DNA of 38,721 bases from Candidatus Cloacimonadota bacterium (lineage in GTDB: Bacteria; Cloacimonadota; Cloacimonadia; Cloacimonadales; WRIO01): positions 1 to 38,721 of the forward strand of contig JAKQQL010000415.1 in the NCBI GenBank assembly GCA_029564175.1, in the 5' to 3' direction. The notes beneath the pieces were generated by a model. That model was not told where the DNA came from and did not search any database. It saw only the letters and a list, made by a program, of their open reading frames with translations. Below are positions 29,425-37,302 of the stretch, piece by piece. Positions within the stretch are counted from its first letter, which is position 1; every line of letters starts with the position of its first letter. Position numbers and translations under genes: made by a program.

Positions 29425-29550
29425 ATTGGTACTACAAATTTCCGTTTGTAGCCTTCTCTCATAGCAGTGATGATTGATAAAAAGCCTGTTTGTTAGCAAC
29501 AGACAGACTCATTATCAAAATATATATTTAAAAAATATCGGAGGATCATA

Positions 29551-30495
29551 ATGAACAAGAAAGCAGTCTTAGCTCTTGGCGGAAATGCTATTATCCAACC
29601 TGGCCAAAAAGGTACAATTACAGAGCAATTTAAGAATACACGCGAAAGTCTTGGCGGTATTGTTGAACTGATCAGTCAAGGCTATCAATTAGCGATTACT
29701 CACGGAAACGGACCTCAGGTAGGTAATATGCTGATTCAACAAATGGCTGGTATTGACAGAGGAATTGCGCCTCTTCCACTTGGTGTTTTAAATGCTGCAA
29801 CAGAAGGTACTATGGGCTATATGATTGAACAGAGCCTTCAAAACCGTCTGATTAAAAGTAATATCAAAAAGGAAGTCATTACCATTGCAACACAGGTGTT
29901 AGTAGATAAAAATGATCCAAGTATTCAAAATCCTACCAAACCGGTTGGTCCTTTCTATACCAAAGAACAAGCTGAAGTTTTAAAAGCTGAATATGGATGG
30001 ACAATAGTTGAAGATGCCGGCAGAGGTTACAGACAAGTTGTACCTTCTCCAATTCCAAAAGAAATTATACCTTTCCATACGATAAAAAGTTTAGTAGAAC
30101 AAGGTCAAATCGTGATTGCTTGTGGCGGTGGCGGTATCCCGGTTTATCGTGAAGAAGATGGTACACTTGAAGGTGTAGATGCTGTTATCGACAAAGACTT
30201 TGCTTCCGGCTTATTGGCTAAAGAAATAGAAGCAGATTTACTGGTAATTCTAACTGGTGTTGATCGTGTTGCGATTAACTTTGGTAAAGAAAATCAGCAA
30301 GATCTGGAAAGTATGACTGTAAGCGAAGCTAAAAAGCATCTTGAAGACGGACAATTCCCTAAAGGTTCCATGGGACCAAAAATCGCAGCAGCGATCCGTT
30401 TCATTGAAGAAGGTGGCAACAAAGTCTTGATTACTTCAATTGAAAGAATTGTCGATGCTTTTGAAGGTAAAACGGGTACAATTATAACTAAATAA
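29551..30495 (+). CDS. arcC: Carbamate kinase
   Basis: ALGGNA, THGNGPQVG, PTKPVGPFY, EDAGRGYR.VVPSP, GGGGIPV, AVIDKD, GSMGPK. Confidence 0.95.
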   Translation: MNKKAVLALGGNAIIQPGQKGTITEQFKNTRESLGGIVELISQGYQLAITHGNGPQVGNMLIQQMAGIDRGIAPLPLGVLNAATEGTMGYMIEQSLQNRLIKSNIKKEVITIATQVLVDKNDPSIQNPTKPVGPFYTKEQAEVLKAEYGWTIVEDAGRGYRQVVPSPIPKEIIPFHTIKSLVEQGQIVIACGGGGIPVYREEDGTLEGVDAVIDKDFASGLLAKEIEADLLVILTGVDRVAINFGKENQQDLESMTVSEAKKHLEDGQFPKGSMGPKIAAAIRFIEEGGNKVLITSIERIVDAFEGKTGTIITK

Positions 30496-30510
30496 GTTTA
30501 TAAACAATTT

Positions 30511-30542
30511 AAAAAACGGAGGATGATCCCTCCGTTTTTTTT
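30511..30542. terminator. Bidirectional terminator between arcC and speE
   Basis: AAAAAACGGAGG-ATGATC-CCTCCGTTTTTTTT. Confidence 0.88.
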
Positions 30543-30557
30543 ATATTCAATCTTTTT

Positions 30558-31400
30558 TTACTTAAGCATCTCCTTTACAAAACCAGGTAATGCCAGAGAT
30601 GCAAAGTGCATAACCTGATTATAATATTTCAAATCCAGTTTGTCATTTTCATATCTTTCCTTCTGAAAATCTCTTGCTGGCTGATACTGTTTTGATGCAA
30701 GAGTAAGTCCCCATGCTCCTGAAGGATATGCTGGAATATAGGACAAGTACAATTGTACTAAAGGAAATATCTGTTTCAAGCTATGATGTATATCTTTCAC
30801 ATATTGAGCCTGTTCTTTAAGAAATGGAGTTTCTGACTGACAAACCAATAATCCATCCTCATTCAGGCAGTTATAGCAGGCTGTATAAAAATCTTTATGG
30901 AATAATCCAACAGCTGGTCCAATCGGATCGGTTGAATCAATAATCACTAAATCAAATTTTTCCTGAGTCTCTTTGACAAATTTTATTCCATCTTCTATCC
31001 TGATTTTTGCTTTTGGAGAATCAAGTCCGATTGCTACATCCGGAAAGTATTTTCTGGAGACATCAAGTACCATCTGATCTATTTCAACTAATACTGCTTC
31101 TTCAACACAAGGATGCTTAACCACTTCTCTTAAAGTACCACCATCTCCCCCACCGATTATTAAGACCTTTTTTGGATTAGGGTGAGTATATAATGGCAAA
31201 TGGGTAATCATCTCATGATAGATAAATTCATCTGTTTCGGTTAACATAATGATATCATCTAATACCATCACTTTTCCATATTGATAACTGTCAAAAACCA
31301 ACATCTCCTGGTAATCGCTTTTCTGAGTATGCAATGTCTCTTTGACTCGTAGGGTAATACCTCGATTTTCGGTATGTTTTTCAGTAAACCATACTTCCAT
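30558..31400 (-). CDS. speE: Polyamine aminopropyltransferase (spermidine synthase)
   Basis: WFTE, S.YQ, DEFIYHEM, VLIIGGGDGG..REV, VEID, DSTDP.GP. Confidence 0.95.
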   Translation of the reverse strand: MEVWFTEKHTENRGITLRVKETLHTQKSDYQEMLVFDSYQYGKVMVLDDIIMLTETDEFIYHEMITHLPLYTHPNPKKVLIIGGGDGGTLREVVKHPCVEEAVLVEIDQMVLDVSRKYFPDVAIGLDSPKAKIRIEDGIKFVKETQEKFDLVIIDSTDPIGPAVGLFHKDFYTACYNCLNEDGLLVCQSETPFLKEQAQYVKDIHHSLKQIFPLVQLYLSYIPAYPSGAWGLTLASKQYQPARDFQKERYENDKLDLKYYNQVMHFASLALPGFVKEMLK

Positions 31401-31401
31401 A

Positions 31402-31791
31402 TTAAACCCCTTCCGGTTTATGTTTCAGCTTTTTATCGTTAAAATCAAATAGTCCGCGTTTCATTTCCATCATACTGGATTGAGCAGATTCAAATTTTTC
31501 TTCCAAATGTTTAAAGACCTTCCATGGATCAATGGTTTCACCACAGGTAAAGATATCCACAGCTGCATAATTATACTCTGGCCAGGTATGAATCGCTACA
31601 TGTGATTCAGCGATAACAACTACCCCACTCACTCCAAAAGGACTAAATTCGTGAAAGGTATTGGTTACAACAGTAGCCTGAGCGATCTTACAAGCCTCCA
31701 CCATATATTCTTCAATTAATCCACAATTTTTTAATATATCTTCATTACATTGATAAAATTCGACTAATATTTGTCTTCCTAAAGCCTGCAT
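31402..31791 (-). CDS. speD: S-adenosylmethionine decarboxylase proenzyme (short class, SpeD/SpeH)
   Basis: [31 protein letters not shown], containing the Glu-Ser self-cleavage site; AAGGAG RBS. Confidence 0.93.
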   Translation of the reverse strand: MQALGRQILVEFYQCNEDILKNCGLIEEYMVEACKIAQATVVTNTFHEFSPFGVSGVVVIAESHVAIHTWPEYNYAAVDIFTCGETIDPWKVFKHLEEKFESAQSSMMEMKRGLFDFNDKKLKHKPEGV

Positions 31792-31904
31792 TGATATTCT
31801 CCTTTTCTTTTTTTAGGTATTATTATACCGTCTTAATGCAAAATCAGCTTAAAATATGCCTGCAATGATAGCAGGATAGTTCTTTTTTACATAGAGAGAG
31901 AATA

Positions 31905-32036
31905 TCAGGCACTCAACTCAGAGGTATAAGCTGAAGCTTCTACCAGGAGCACCTCTTTGGCTTTTTTAGGATAATGTACAATAAACAATACATAGATATA
32001 ACGATATAAAATTCTGAATTTTCTTAATGATTTCAT
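31905..32036 (-). CDS. Putative 43-aa leader peptide upstream of speD (MKSLRKFRILYRYIYVLFIVHYPKKAKEVLLVEASAYTSELSA)
   Basis: Hand-translated, below the ORF-track size cutoff. GGAGG at 32052-32048, ATG at 32036, TGA at 31907-31905; lies between a TTGACA box and speD. Confidence 0.65.
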   Translation of the reverse strand: MKSLRKFRILYRYIYVLFIVHYPKKAKEVLLVEASAYTSELSA

Positions 32037-32073
32037 CGTTATATCTACCTCCATGATTATTATTCTGAAATCA

Positions 32074-32101
32074 ATTCATATTTTTTAGCAATATTTGTCA
32101 A
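32074..32101 (-). promoter_or_regulatory. Candidate promoter of the leader-speD-speE transcript
   Basis: Minus strand TTGACA (32101-32096) and TATGAAT (32080-32074), downstream of the tRNA terminator. Confidence 0.55.
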
Positions 32102-32157
32102 CTAATATTTTAAACATCGATAATCATAACGCTATTCATTTTTCAAGAAGTGGAAAT

Positions 32158-32184
32158 AAAAAAACTCCAGCCTGAGCCGGAGTT
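32158..32184 (-). terminator. Intrinsic terminator of the tRNA pair
   Basis: Minus strand AACTCCGGC-TCAG-GCTGGAGTT followed by a T run. Confidence 0.85.
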
Positions 32185-32188
32185 ATAA

Positions 32189-32264
32189 TGGTGGGCGTTG
32201 AGGGACTTGAACCCCCGACCACTTGCTTGTAAGGCAAGCGCTCTCCCAACTGAGCTAAACGCCC
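32189..32264 (-). tRNA. tRNA-Val (anticodon TAC)
   Basis: GGGCGTTTAGCTCAGTTGGGAGAGCG-CTTGC-CTTACAA-GCAAG...GGTTCAAGTCC...ACGCCCACCA; 76 nt with encoded CCA. Confidence 0.97.
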
Positions 32265-32277
32265 GAAAACTTTTATT

Positions 32278-32355
<78 letters not shown>

Positions 32356-32386
32356 CAGTTGTTTTCGTTTCACGCTATATGAGTAC

Positions 32387-32430
32387 ATTAATACCCACCC
32401 CGGTTTTTCTGTCAATACTTTTTTTATTTC
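32387..32430 (-). promoter_or_regulatory. Candidate promoter of tRNA-Pro/tRNA-Val
   Basis: Minus strand TTGACA (32415-32410), 16 nt, TATTAAT (32393-32387); A-tract upstream. Confidence 0.65.
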
Positions 32431-32460
32431 AAGGCTTTCCAAGCTAAGCTTTTTTGGAGT

Positions 32461-32570
32461 TAATCGTTTGTATTTCTGATTGTTACACAATACCATTTTT
32501 TTTTAATTTTCTTCGTAGAGTTGTCAGTGAGAATACAGAGAAATGTACTTTTTCCCCTAAAAAGTGGTAA
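32461..32570. repeat. Weak third copy (C) of the intergenic repeat
   Basis: 32504-32525 vs 365-386: 16/22 identical. AAAAAGTGGTAA is identical at 32559-32570 and 430-441. The copy starts at the same 46-nt offset from a minus-strand TTGACA as copy A. Confidence 0.45.
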
Positions 32571-32593
32571 AAAGAGCATTTCCTTTTTTAAAA

Positions 32594-33688
32594 TCAATCA
32601 ATCCGTTTATGAAATTTCAGAACACTGAAGGTAAAAACAGTGATTCCGTAAACGAACAACGGCACTATGTCTCTGAAAAGATAAGCAAATTGATTCCCTT
32701 TTTGAAAGACTTCACGCGTGATATTGACAAAATACATCATCGGATTTAAATAAGTAATCCATCTGATACTGTCAGGCATATTGCTTACCGGCATAAACAA
32801 ACCACTCAGAAGTGTCATAAACAGCATAAAGAACCAGGAGAAAAACATTGCCTGTTGCTGAGTCTGACTAATGACTGAAATGCTTACCCCTAATCCAAGT
32901 GTGGTAAACAGGTAAATCGTGGTTAATATGCTCATCAGCAGATAAGAGCCCTGCATACGAATGCCAAAGACAAACTGTCCGACAAACAGAGCAAAATAGA
33001 ATTCTATCAGACTTAGAATCAGAAAGGGAATCAGTTTACCGGCAAGCAATTCCCATTTCTTAATGGGGGTAACCATCAACTGTTCCAGTGTACCCACTTC
33101 CTTTTCTCTAACCAGAGCCATTGATGAAAACAGCATAGATATTATCGTAACCAAAACAGCCACAATACCAGGCACCATATACTGATAAGGTTTCATATCC
33201 GCATTATACCAGGAACGATCATTCATATTGATCTGTGGCTTAACTGAACTGTACTCCAGTGCAAAGTCACTGATAATTCTGCCAATGTATTGTATGGCAA
33301 TGCCGGCAGTATTACCATCCACCGCATCAAAAACCAGCTCAATCTGCGGTTTTCTTTCTAAAACAAGGTCTTTTCCAAAGTTTCGAGGAATAATAATCCC
33401 TGCGTTACACTTCCAGATTCGGATCTGTTTATGAATCTGATTAATATCCTGAGTAACCTCTGAGACGATAAATCTGTCAGTATGTCTGAACTGATTGATC
33501 AAATCACGAGATTGACTACTCTGATCAAGATCTACAATGATTAAAGACTGGTTTCTCAGTTCATTGCTAATGGCAAATCCAAGCAGAATTGTCTGAACAA
33601 TCGGAATAATGACAATAAGTTTCATCATGTTTTTATCTCTCAGAATTTGTATAAATTCTTTTCTTATAAGGCTGATTAATCGTTTCAT
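32594..33688 (-). CDS. ABC-2 exporter permease (YbhR-like)
   Basis: KEFIQILRD, WYN, VPG, REKEVGTLEQL.VTP, GKLIP, LSG..MP...MP. Confidence 0.9.
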   Translation of the reverse strand: MKRLISLIRKEFIQILRDKNMMKLIVIIPIVQTILLGFAISNELRNQSLIIVDLDQSSQSRDLINQFRHTDRFIVSEVTQDINQIHKQIRIWKCNAGIIIPRNFGKDLVLERKPQIELVFDAVDGNTAGIAIQYIGRIISDFALEYSSVKPQINMNDRSWYNADMKPYQYMVPGIVAVLVTIISMLFSSMALVREKEVGTLEQLMVTPIKKWELLAGKLIPFLILSLIEFYFALFVGQFVFGIRMQGSYLLMSILTTIYLFTTLGLGVSISVISQTQQQAMFFSWFFMLFMTLLSGLFMPVSNMPDSIRWITYLNPMMYFVNITREVFQKGNQFAYLFRDIVPLFVYGITVFTFSVLKFHKRID

Positions 33689-33691
33689 TTT

Positions 33692-34771
33692 TTACCCCAG
33701 TTCTTTCATCTGCTTGTCGAATTTCTTCCAGGCAATAACAATCAGCAGCATTGTAAACGCTATTAATATAAATGTCGGTTCCAAAAGTTCTGTGAAGGTA
33801 TTCCCTTTGATCATAAGTCCCCTGGTAATCTTCAGATAGTATTTAGCCGGAATTATCCAGGAGATCAATTGTAGAAATTTAGGCATTGAAGAAATCGGAG
33901 ATATGAAGCCACTCAGCATAACAGTCGGCAACATGGTAATCATTAGCGCCAGCATCATTGCCTGCATTTGAGTCTTAGAAACCGTTGAAATCATCAGTCC
34001 AAGACTCAGAGCTGTACAGACATACACCAGAGACAATAGAACAAAGACTATAAAATTACCTAAAAAGACAACTTCGAATAGTAGCATTCCGAAAAAGAGG
34101 ATAATCAGCCCGATAAACATTGAAATCACTATATAAGGCAATATTTTCCCCAGTATAAACTCCAAAGGATGCAAAGGAGAAACCAATAACTGTTCCAGCG
34201 TACCGTTTTCTTTTTCACGGGTAATAGATATACTGGTCAATAAGGCTGAAATCATGATCAGAATCAGAGCAATCAACCCAGGCACAAAGAAATAAGAACT
34301 CTTTAATTCCGGATTGTATAGCATCTGAGTTCGCACATCAACAGGCAGATACTCAGCACCAGACTGCATGGTCTGCAACACATAATCTTTGATATAAGCT
34401 GAAACATTAGGATCTGAACCATCCAGTATCAACTGATGATTTTTCATATCTCTGTCAATCAAAAGAACAGCATTTAGTTTTTGTTGTAAGAAAGCCTGAT
34501 GAATCGCTTCCGGTTGATTTGAAATATCATAAACCGTGTATAAATCTGAGCCAATAAACTTCTTTTTTATCTCATAAGACTGGGTGCTATGGGAATTATC
34601 TGCTATCCCCAGATTGATATTACTGACTTCACTATTTAGCGCATATCCAAACATAATTAACTGCAATACCGGAAGAATCAAAACAATGATCAGACTTCGC
34701 GGATCATGGATGATATGAAAAAACTCTTTTTTAGCGATTGCCAGAATTCTTGTTTTATTGAGCATTTGCAT
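33692..34771 (-). CDS. ABC-2 exporter permease (YbhS-like)
   Basis: KEF.HI..DPRSL, DGSDPN, YNPEL.S..F.VPG, REKENGTLEQL.VSP. Confidence 0.9.
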   Translation of the reverse strand: MQMLNKTRILAIAKKEFFHIIHDPRSLIIVLILPVLQLIMFGYALNSEVSNINLGIADNSHSTQSYEIKKKFIGSDLYTVYDISNQPEAIHQAFLQQKLNAVLLIDRDMKNHQLILDGSDPNVSAYIKDYVLQTMQSGAEYLPVDVRTQMLYNPELKSSYFFVPGLIALILIMISALLTSISITREKENGTLEQLLVSPLHPLEFILGKILPYIVISMFIGLIILFFGMLLFEVVFLGNFIVFVLLSLVYVCTALSLGLMISTVSKTQMQAMMLALMITMLPTVMLSGFISPISSMPKFLQLISWIIPAKYYLKITRGLMIKGNTFTELLEPTFILIAFTMLLIVIAWKKFDKQMKELG

Positions 34772-35507
34772 TTTTCTGCCTCCTGATCAAAGTGATAAAT
34801 ACATTTTGAATACTATCTTTCTGATACTTCGTTTTCAGGTTTTCCGGTGTATCTAAAGCAATAATCTTGCCTTCATGCATTATCGAAATTCTATGGCAAT
34901 ATTCTGCTTCATCCATGAAATGTGTTGTAACAAAAACGGTTTTACCCGCTTGAGCCAACTGATGAATGATATTCCAGAAATCTCTTCTCACCTTGGGATC
35001 AACCCCGGAAGTAGGTTCATCTAGAAAGATAATCTGTGGATCATGCAACATGGAACAGGCTAAAGCCAGTCTTTGCTTTAATCCAACCGGTATATCACCG
35101 GTTATTCGCTTCATCTGATCGCTCATATCAAGAGAAATGCCAATTTCTTCTTTTTTACTTTTTATTGCCTGACGGCTCAGGGAATACACTCCCCCATAAA
35201 AATCAATATTTTCGGCTACAGTTAAATCATTATACAATGAAAACTTCTGACTCATGTACCCGATATTCATTTTAATCTTTTCGTTTTGAGTGAACACATC
35301 CAAACCAGCCACTCTGGCTTCACCTGAACTGGGCATCAACAATCCGCATAACATACGAATCATCGTGCTTTTGCCGGCACCATTCGCTCCCAGAAATCCA
35401 AAGATTTCACCTTTATTTACCTCTAAATCCACCTTATCAACTGCTGTAAATGTTCCGAACTGTTTACTCAGCTGATGAGTGAAAACGGATATCTCATTAT
35501 CTGACAT
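34755..35507 (-). CDS. ABC transporter ATP-binding protein (resembles the YbhF C-terminal half)
   Basis: GANGAGKST, GYMSQKFSLY, degenerate signature IPVGLKQ, FLDEPTSGVDP, TTHFMDEAE. Confidence 0.92.
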   Translation of the reverse strand: MSDNEISVFTHQLSKQFGTFTAVDKVDLEVNKGEIFGFLGANGAGKSTMIRMLCGLLMPSSGEARVAGLDVFTQNEKIKMNIGYMSQKFSLYNDLTVAENIDFYGGVYSLSRQAIKSKKEEIGISLDMSDQMKRITGDIPVGLKQRLALACSMLHDPQIIFLDEPTSGVDPKVRRDFWNIIHQLAQAGKTVFVTTHFMDEAEYCHRISIMHEGKIIALDTPENLKTKYQKDSIQNVFITLIRRQKNANAQ

Positions 35508-35546
35508 TTTATCTCCTTATTTATAACACAAGCTACCAGCAACACG

Positions 35547-36428
35547 CTATTCCTGCGCCAAAAAGACATCTTCCAGGCTTGCTTTTCTCTGAAAGTAATT
35601 TAAAATCAAGCCTTTTTCCAGCCATTCCTGCCATTTTTGCGTCTGAGGTGCTTTCTCAAAAGCAATATGAAGATCATTTGCAAAATAATGAATATGCCTG
35701 ATTTCTGGTAAATCTTTAAAATAAGCATAATGATCTGATTTCACAACATATATTTCATAAGGAAAATCACTGATAATCTTCTCTGGCACTTTATAATCAA
35801 TCAGCCTGGATCTAAACATCAGGGCTACTTTATCAAACATTTCTGCTTCATCAAGATAAGGGGTTGATACAAAGACTGTCACTCCATCTTCTTTCAGCTG
35901 AAAAATCAATTCCCAAAATTCCTGTCTTGATACCGGATCAACACCAAATGTGGGTTCATCCAGAATCAGATATTTAGGGGTATGCACCAGATTACAGGAT
36001 AATGCCAGTTTTTGTTTCATACCACCGGATAGTTTTCCGGCAGGTCTCTTTTTAAAAGGGCCAAGTGTTGAAAACTGATAAAGCTGTTCCAACCTGTTTT
36101 TTCTTTCATGGTCCGGCACATTAAAGAGATCAGCGAAAAAGAGTATATTTTGCTCTACTGTCAGATCAGGATAGAGAGAAAAGCGCTGAGGCATATATCC
36201 CATCATAGAGCGAATCTGATGCTGATTTTTCACAGTATCCAGTCCATCTATCTGAATATGACCACTATCTGGTGAAATCAAGGCGCACAACTGGCGCATC
36301 AGTGTACTTTTACCTGCTCCATCCGGGCCAATCAATCCGGTAATTTTCCCATCTTCTATGTCAAGACTCACATCTGAATTCGCCTGGATATCTCCATAAG
36401 ACTTACAGATATTTTTGATTTGAATCAT
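35547..36428 (-). CDS. ABC transporter ATP-binding protein (resembles the YbhF N-terminal half)
   Basis: GPDGAGKST, GYMPQRFSLY, LSGGMKQ, ILDEPT.GVDP; STPYLDEAE (H-loop His replaced by Pro). Confidence 0.92.
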   Translation of the reverse strand: MIQIKNICKSYGDIQANSDVSLDIEDGKITGLIGPDGAGKSTLMRQLCALISPDSGHIQIDGLDTVKNQHQIRSMMGYMPQRFSLYPDLTVEQNILFFADLFNVPDHERKNRLEQLYQFSTLGPFKKRPAGKLSGGMKQKLALSCNLVHTPKYLILDEPTFGVDPVSRQEFWELIFQLKEDGVTVFVSTPYLDEAEMFDKVALMFRSRLIDYKVPEKIISDFPYEIYVVKSDHYAYFKDLPEIRHIHYFANDLHIAFEKAPQTQKWQEWLEKGLILNYFQRKASLEDVFLAQE

Positions 36429-36429
36429 T

Positions 36430-37302
36430 TTAACCTCTGCTCACTCTTACCGGCATCCCATCCTTGATCTCCGGAAATGCCTTTTCTATTCTGATTTTCA
36501 GTCCGTAAACCAATGAAGTTCTGTTATCAGGAGTCAGAATCTGTTTTGGCGTAAATTCACTTTTGCTGTTGATTTTGGTAATTACAGCGTCAAAAGTCTT
36601 GCCCGTTCCGTCTATCATGACTTTCATTTTGTCTCCAGGTTTAAAGCCAGCTAACTGAGTCTGGCTGACATAAAACATCGCAGTAGTCTCAGTTGCATCG
36701 GTTAATTCAATTACCGGACGACTCATTGCCAAAGCTTCATGTTCTTCAGCAAATATCTGATTAACATATCCGTCAACAGGTGCTTTAATCACACAATCAC
36801 TAATCATTTTGTCCAGCAGTTTAATTTTGGAAATCACTTGTTTTTCTTTTGAGTTGAGAAGTTCTCTTTGCTTTATCAGGAGATTAACCTGACTTTTTGC
36901 TCTGTCATAAACACTGTTTACATCATCTAATGTTTGCTCTGGAGCACTTTGATTCTTTACCAGAGAAGCAGTTCTCTTTGTTTTACTGCCAGTATAAGCC
37001 AGGTCTTTTTCAGACTGTTCTATCTGTATATCATACACTGCTTTTTGAGTATTCAGCTCAGACAAAACCCCCTTTAATTCTTCTTTCTGAATATAGTAAT
37101 TCATCGTATCCATCACAGCCAGAATCGTTCCCTGACTGACATTATCGCCTTCCTGGCAATTAATACGGATTAGTTTCCCATTACTTAAAGCAGGCAGTGA
37201 AATCGTCTTTGTTTCTGCTATACTGGTCCATTCTTCGGCATTCTTTTTGCAGGCACTAAGCAGTACCATCACGATGCTTAATATTATGATTATCTTTTTC
37301 AT
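36430..37302 (-). CDS. HlyD/YbhG-like membrane fusion protein, predicted lipoprotein
   Basis: Lipobox LSAC after a hydrophobic stretch; EGD.V..G, IKAPVDG, SEFTPK, GMPV. ATG 37302 overlaps the TolC stop (TAATG). Confidence 0.88.
   Translation of the reverse strand: MKKIIIILSIVMVLLSACKKNAEEWTSIAETKTISLPALSNGKLIRINCQEGDNVSQGTILAVMDTMNYYIQKEELKGVLSELNTQKAVYDIQIEQSEKDLAYTGSKTKRTASLVKNQSAPEQTLDDVNSVYDRAKSQVNLLIKQRELLNSKEKQVISKIKLLDKMISDCVIKAPVDGYVNQIFAEEHEALAMSRPVIELTDATETTAMFYVSQTQLAGFKPGDKMKVMIDGTGKTFDAVITKINSKSEFTPKQILTPDNRTSLVYGLKIRIEKAFPEIKDGMPVRVSRG

Noticed and set aside
31792..31970. Frameshift fusing the leader ORF to SpeD
   Set aside because: The speD frame has a TAA at 31815-31813, so no fusion is possible from further upstream.
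31890..31975. SAM-I or SAM-I-variant (spermidine) riboswitch upstream of speD
   Set aside because: UUAUC and AGAGGUG look suggestive, but I could not find the GCAACC or kink-turn/pseudoknot elements. An Infernal scan would settle it.
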